A stretch of 64,000 bases of DNA, taken from Diplonema japonicum. Lineage: Eukaryota; Protista; Euglenozoa: Diplonemea. The stretch spans positions 124,001 to 188,000 of the forward strand of contig OZ025658.1 of assembly GCA_964019335.1 (NCBI GenBank). The letters run 5' to 3'. The notes below the pieces were generated by a model, which saw nothing but the letters and a program-made list of their open reading frames with translations, was not told the origin of the DNA and did not search any database. Positions 63,538-64,000 of the stretch are shown one piece after another. Numbering within the stretch: the first letter of the stretch is position 1; each line of letters starts with the position of its first letter. A program made the translations under genes and the position numbers.

Positions 63538-64000
63538 TCACCCTCTAGGAGGTGCTCGCAACCCTGTGATGGATAAAACCTTCTCAGGAGAACGGAGAAG
63601 ATTAATCAGGTGGTAGTAAAGCTCCTCTTCAAGCCTGAAGTTGCCCTCCCCTCGCGCAAGATGAACATGGTCCGCCATCCTCGCTATAAACGAGGGATCC
63701 TCCATGTCCTGAATCACAACGGCGGCAGCAGAACCCGAAATAATACCCCTGATAACCCGTCCGATGGCCAGGACGAAGGTGACATACAGCGCAACGATCC
63801 CAACATTGAAAAGCCCTGCCAGTGGATTATCATCGTTCTGTGCCAGATCGCTGATGGCGACGTAGTACAAGGGAACAAGCCCGGATCCTGTTGTGCAAGG
63901 GTCCAAAGGATCAACATCATAATTGGGGCAGCGGGTATCCCCGCTGAGGCAGCCCTCTTCCGCCGGGCCTGGGTAATTTCCGCATGAGAACAAACCGCGG
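63538..64000 (-). CDS. PIEZO: Piezo-type mechanosensitive channel, C-terminal part (5' end outside the window)
   Basis: GIVALYVTFVLAIGRVIR inner helix, then LARGEGNFRLEEELYYHLINLLRSPEKVLSIT C-terminal signature. Confidence 0.9.
   Translation of the reverse strand, partial: RGLFSCGNYPGPAEEGCLSGDTRCPNYDVDPLDPCTTGSGLVPLYYVAISDLAQNDDNPLAGLFNVGIVALYVTFVLAIGRVIRGIISGSAAAVVIQDMEDPSFIARMADHVHLARGEGNFRLEEELYYHLINLLRSPEKVLSITGLRAPPRG

Noticed and set aside
270-63987. Plus-strand ORFs in the track (e.g. 31347-32216, 32250-33272, 61954-62901)
   Set aside because: Antisense shadows of GC-rich minus-strand genes, with no motifs.

Overview
Eukaryotic nuclear DNA, most likely from a diplonemid (Euglenozoa). 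Every credible gene lies on the minus strand, as in a polycistronic-type cluster. Genes contain very short GT-AG introns, intergenic DNA is full of long homopolymers, and a near-complete diplonemid-type spliced-leader (SL) exon is present. About 22 host genes are supported: Ubl-ankyrin, DHHC palmitoyltransferase, amino-acid permease, GT61-like, PDZ-zinc finger, class III cyclase, orphan SufD-like, RRM, a four-domain metacaspase with PDZ, C2-TM, Zn/SH3-repeat protein, TTLL1, EF-hand, metallophosphoesterase, two paralogous myristoylated RING E3s and the Piezo C-terminus. Several MITE-like elements are also present. The most striking feature is a pair of related, co-oriented APE-RT non-LTR retrotransposons (about 40.6-47.3 kb, intact; about 49.1-55.7 kb, decayed). 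In both, ORF1 ends in a single TGA with the reading frame staying open towards ORF2. Element 1 then has an RGG motif and an intact OTU protease ahead of the APE domain. Element 2 has a TGA-CTA context, a broken 2A-like GVEPH motif ahead of APE, a catalytically dead OTU at the front of ORF1, and a 37-nt SL exon folded into a hairpin at its 5' end. All family calls come from motif recognition by eye; no database searches were run.
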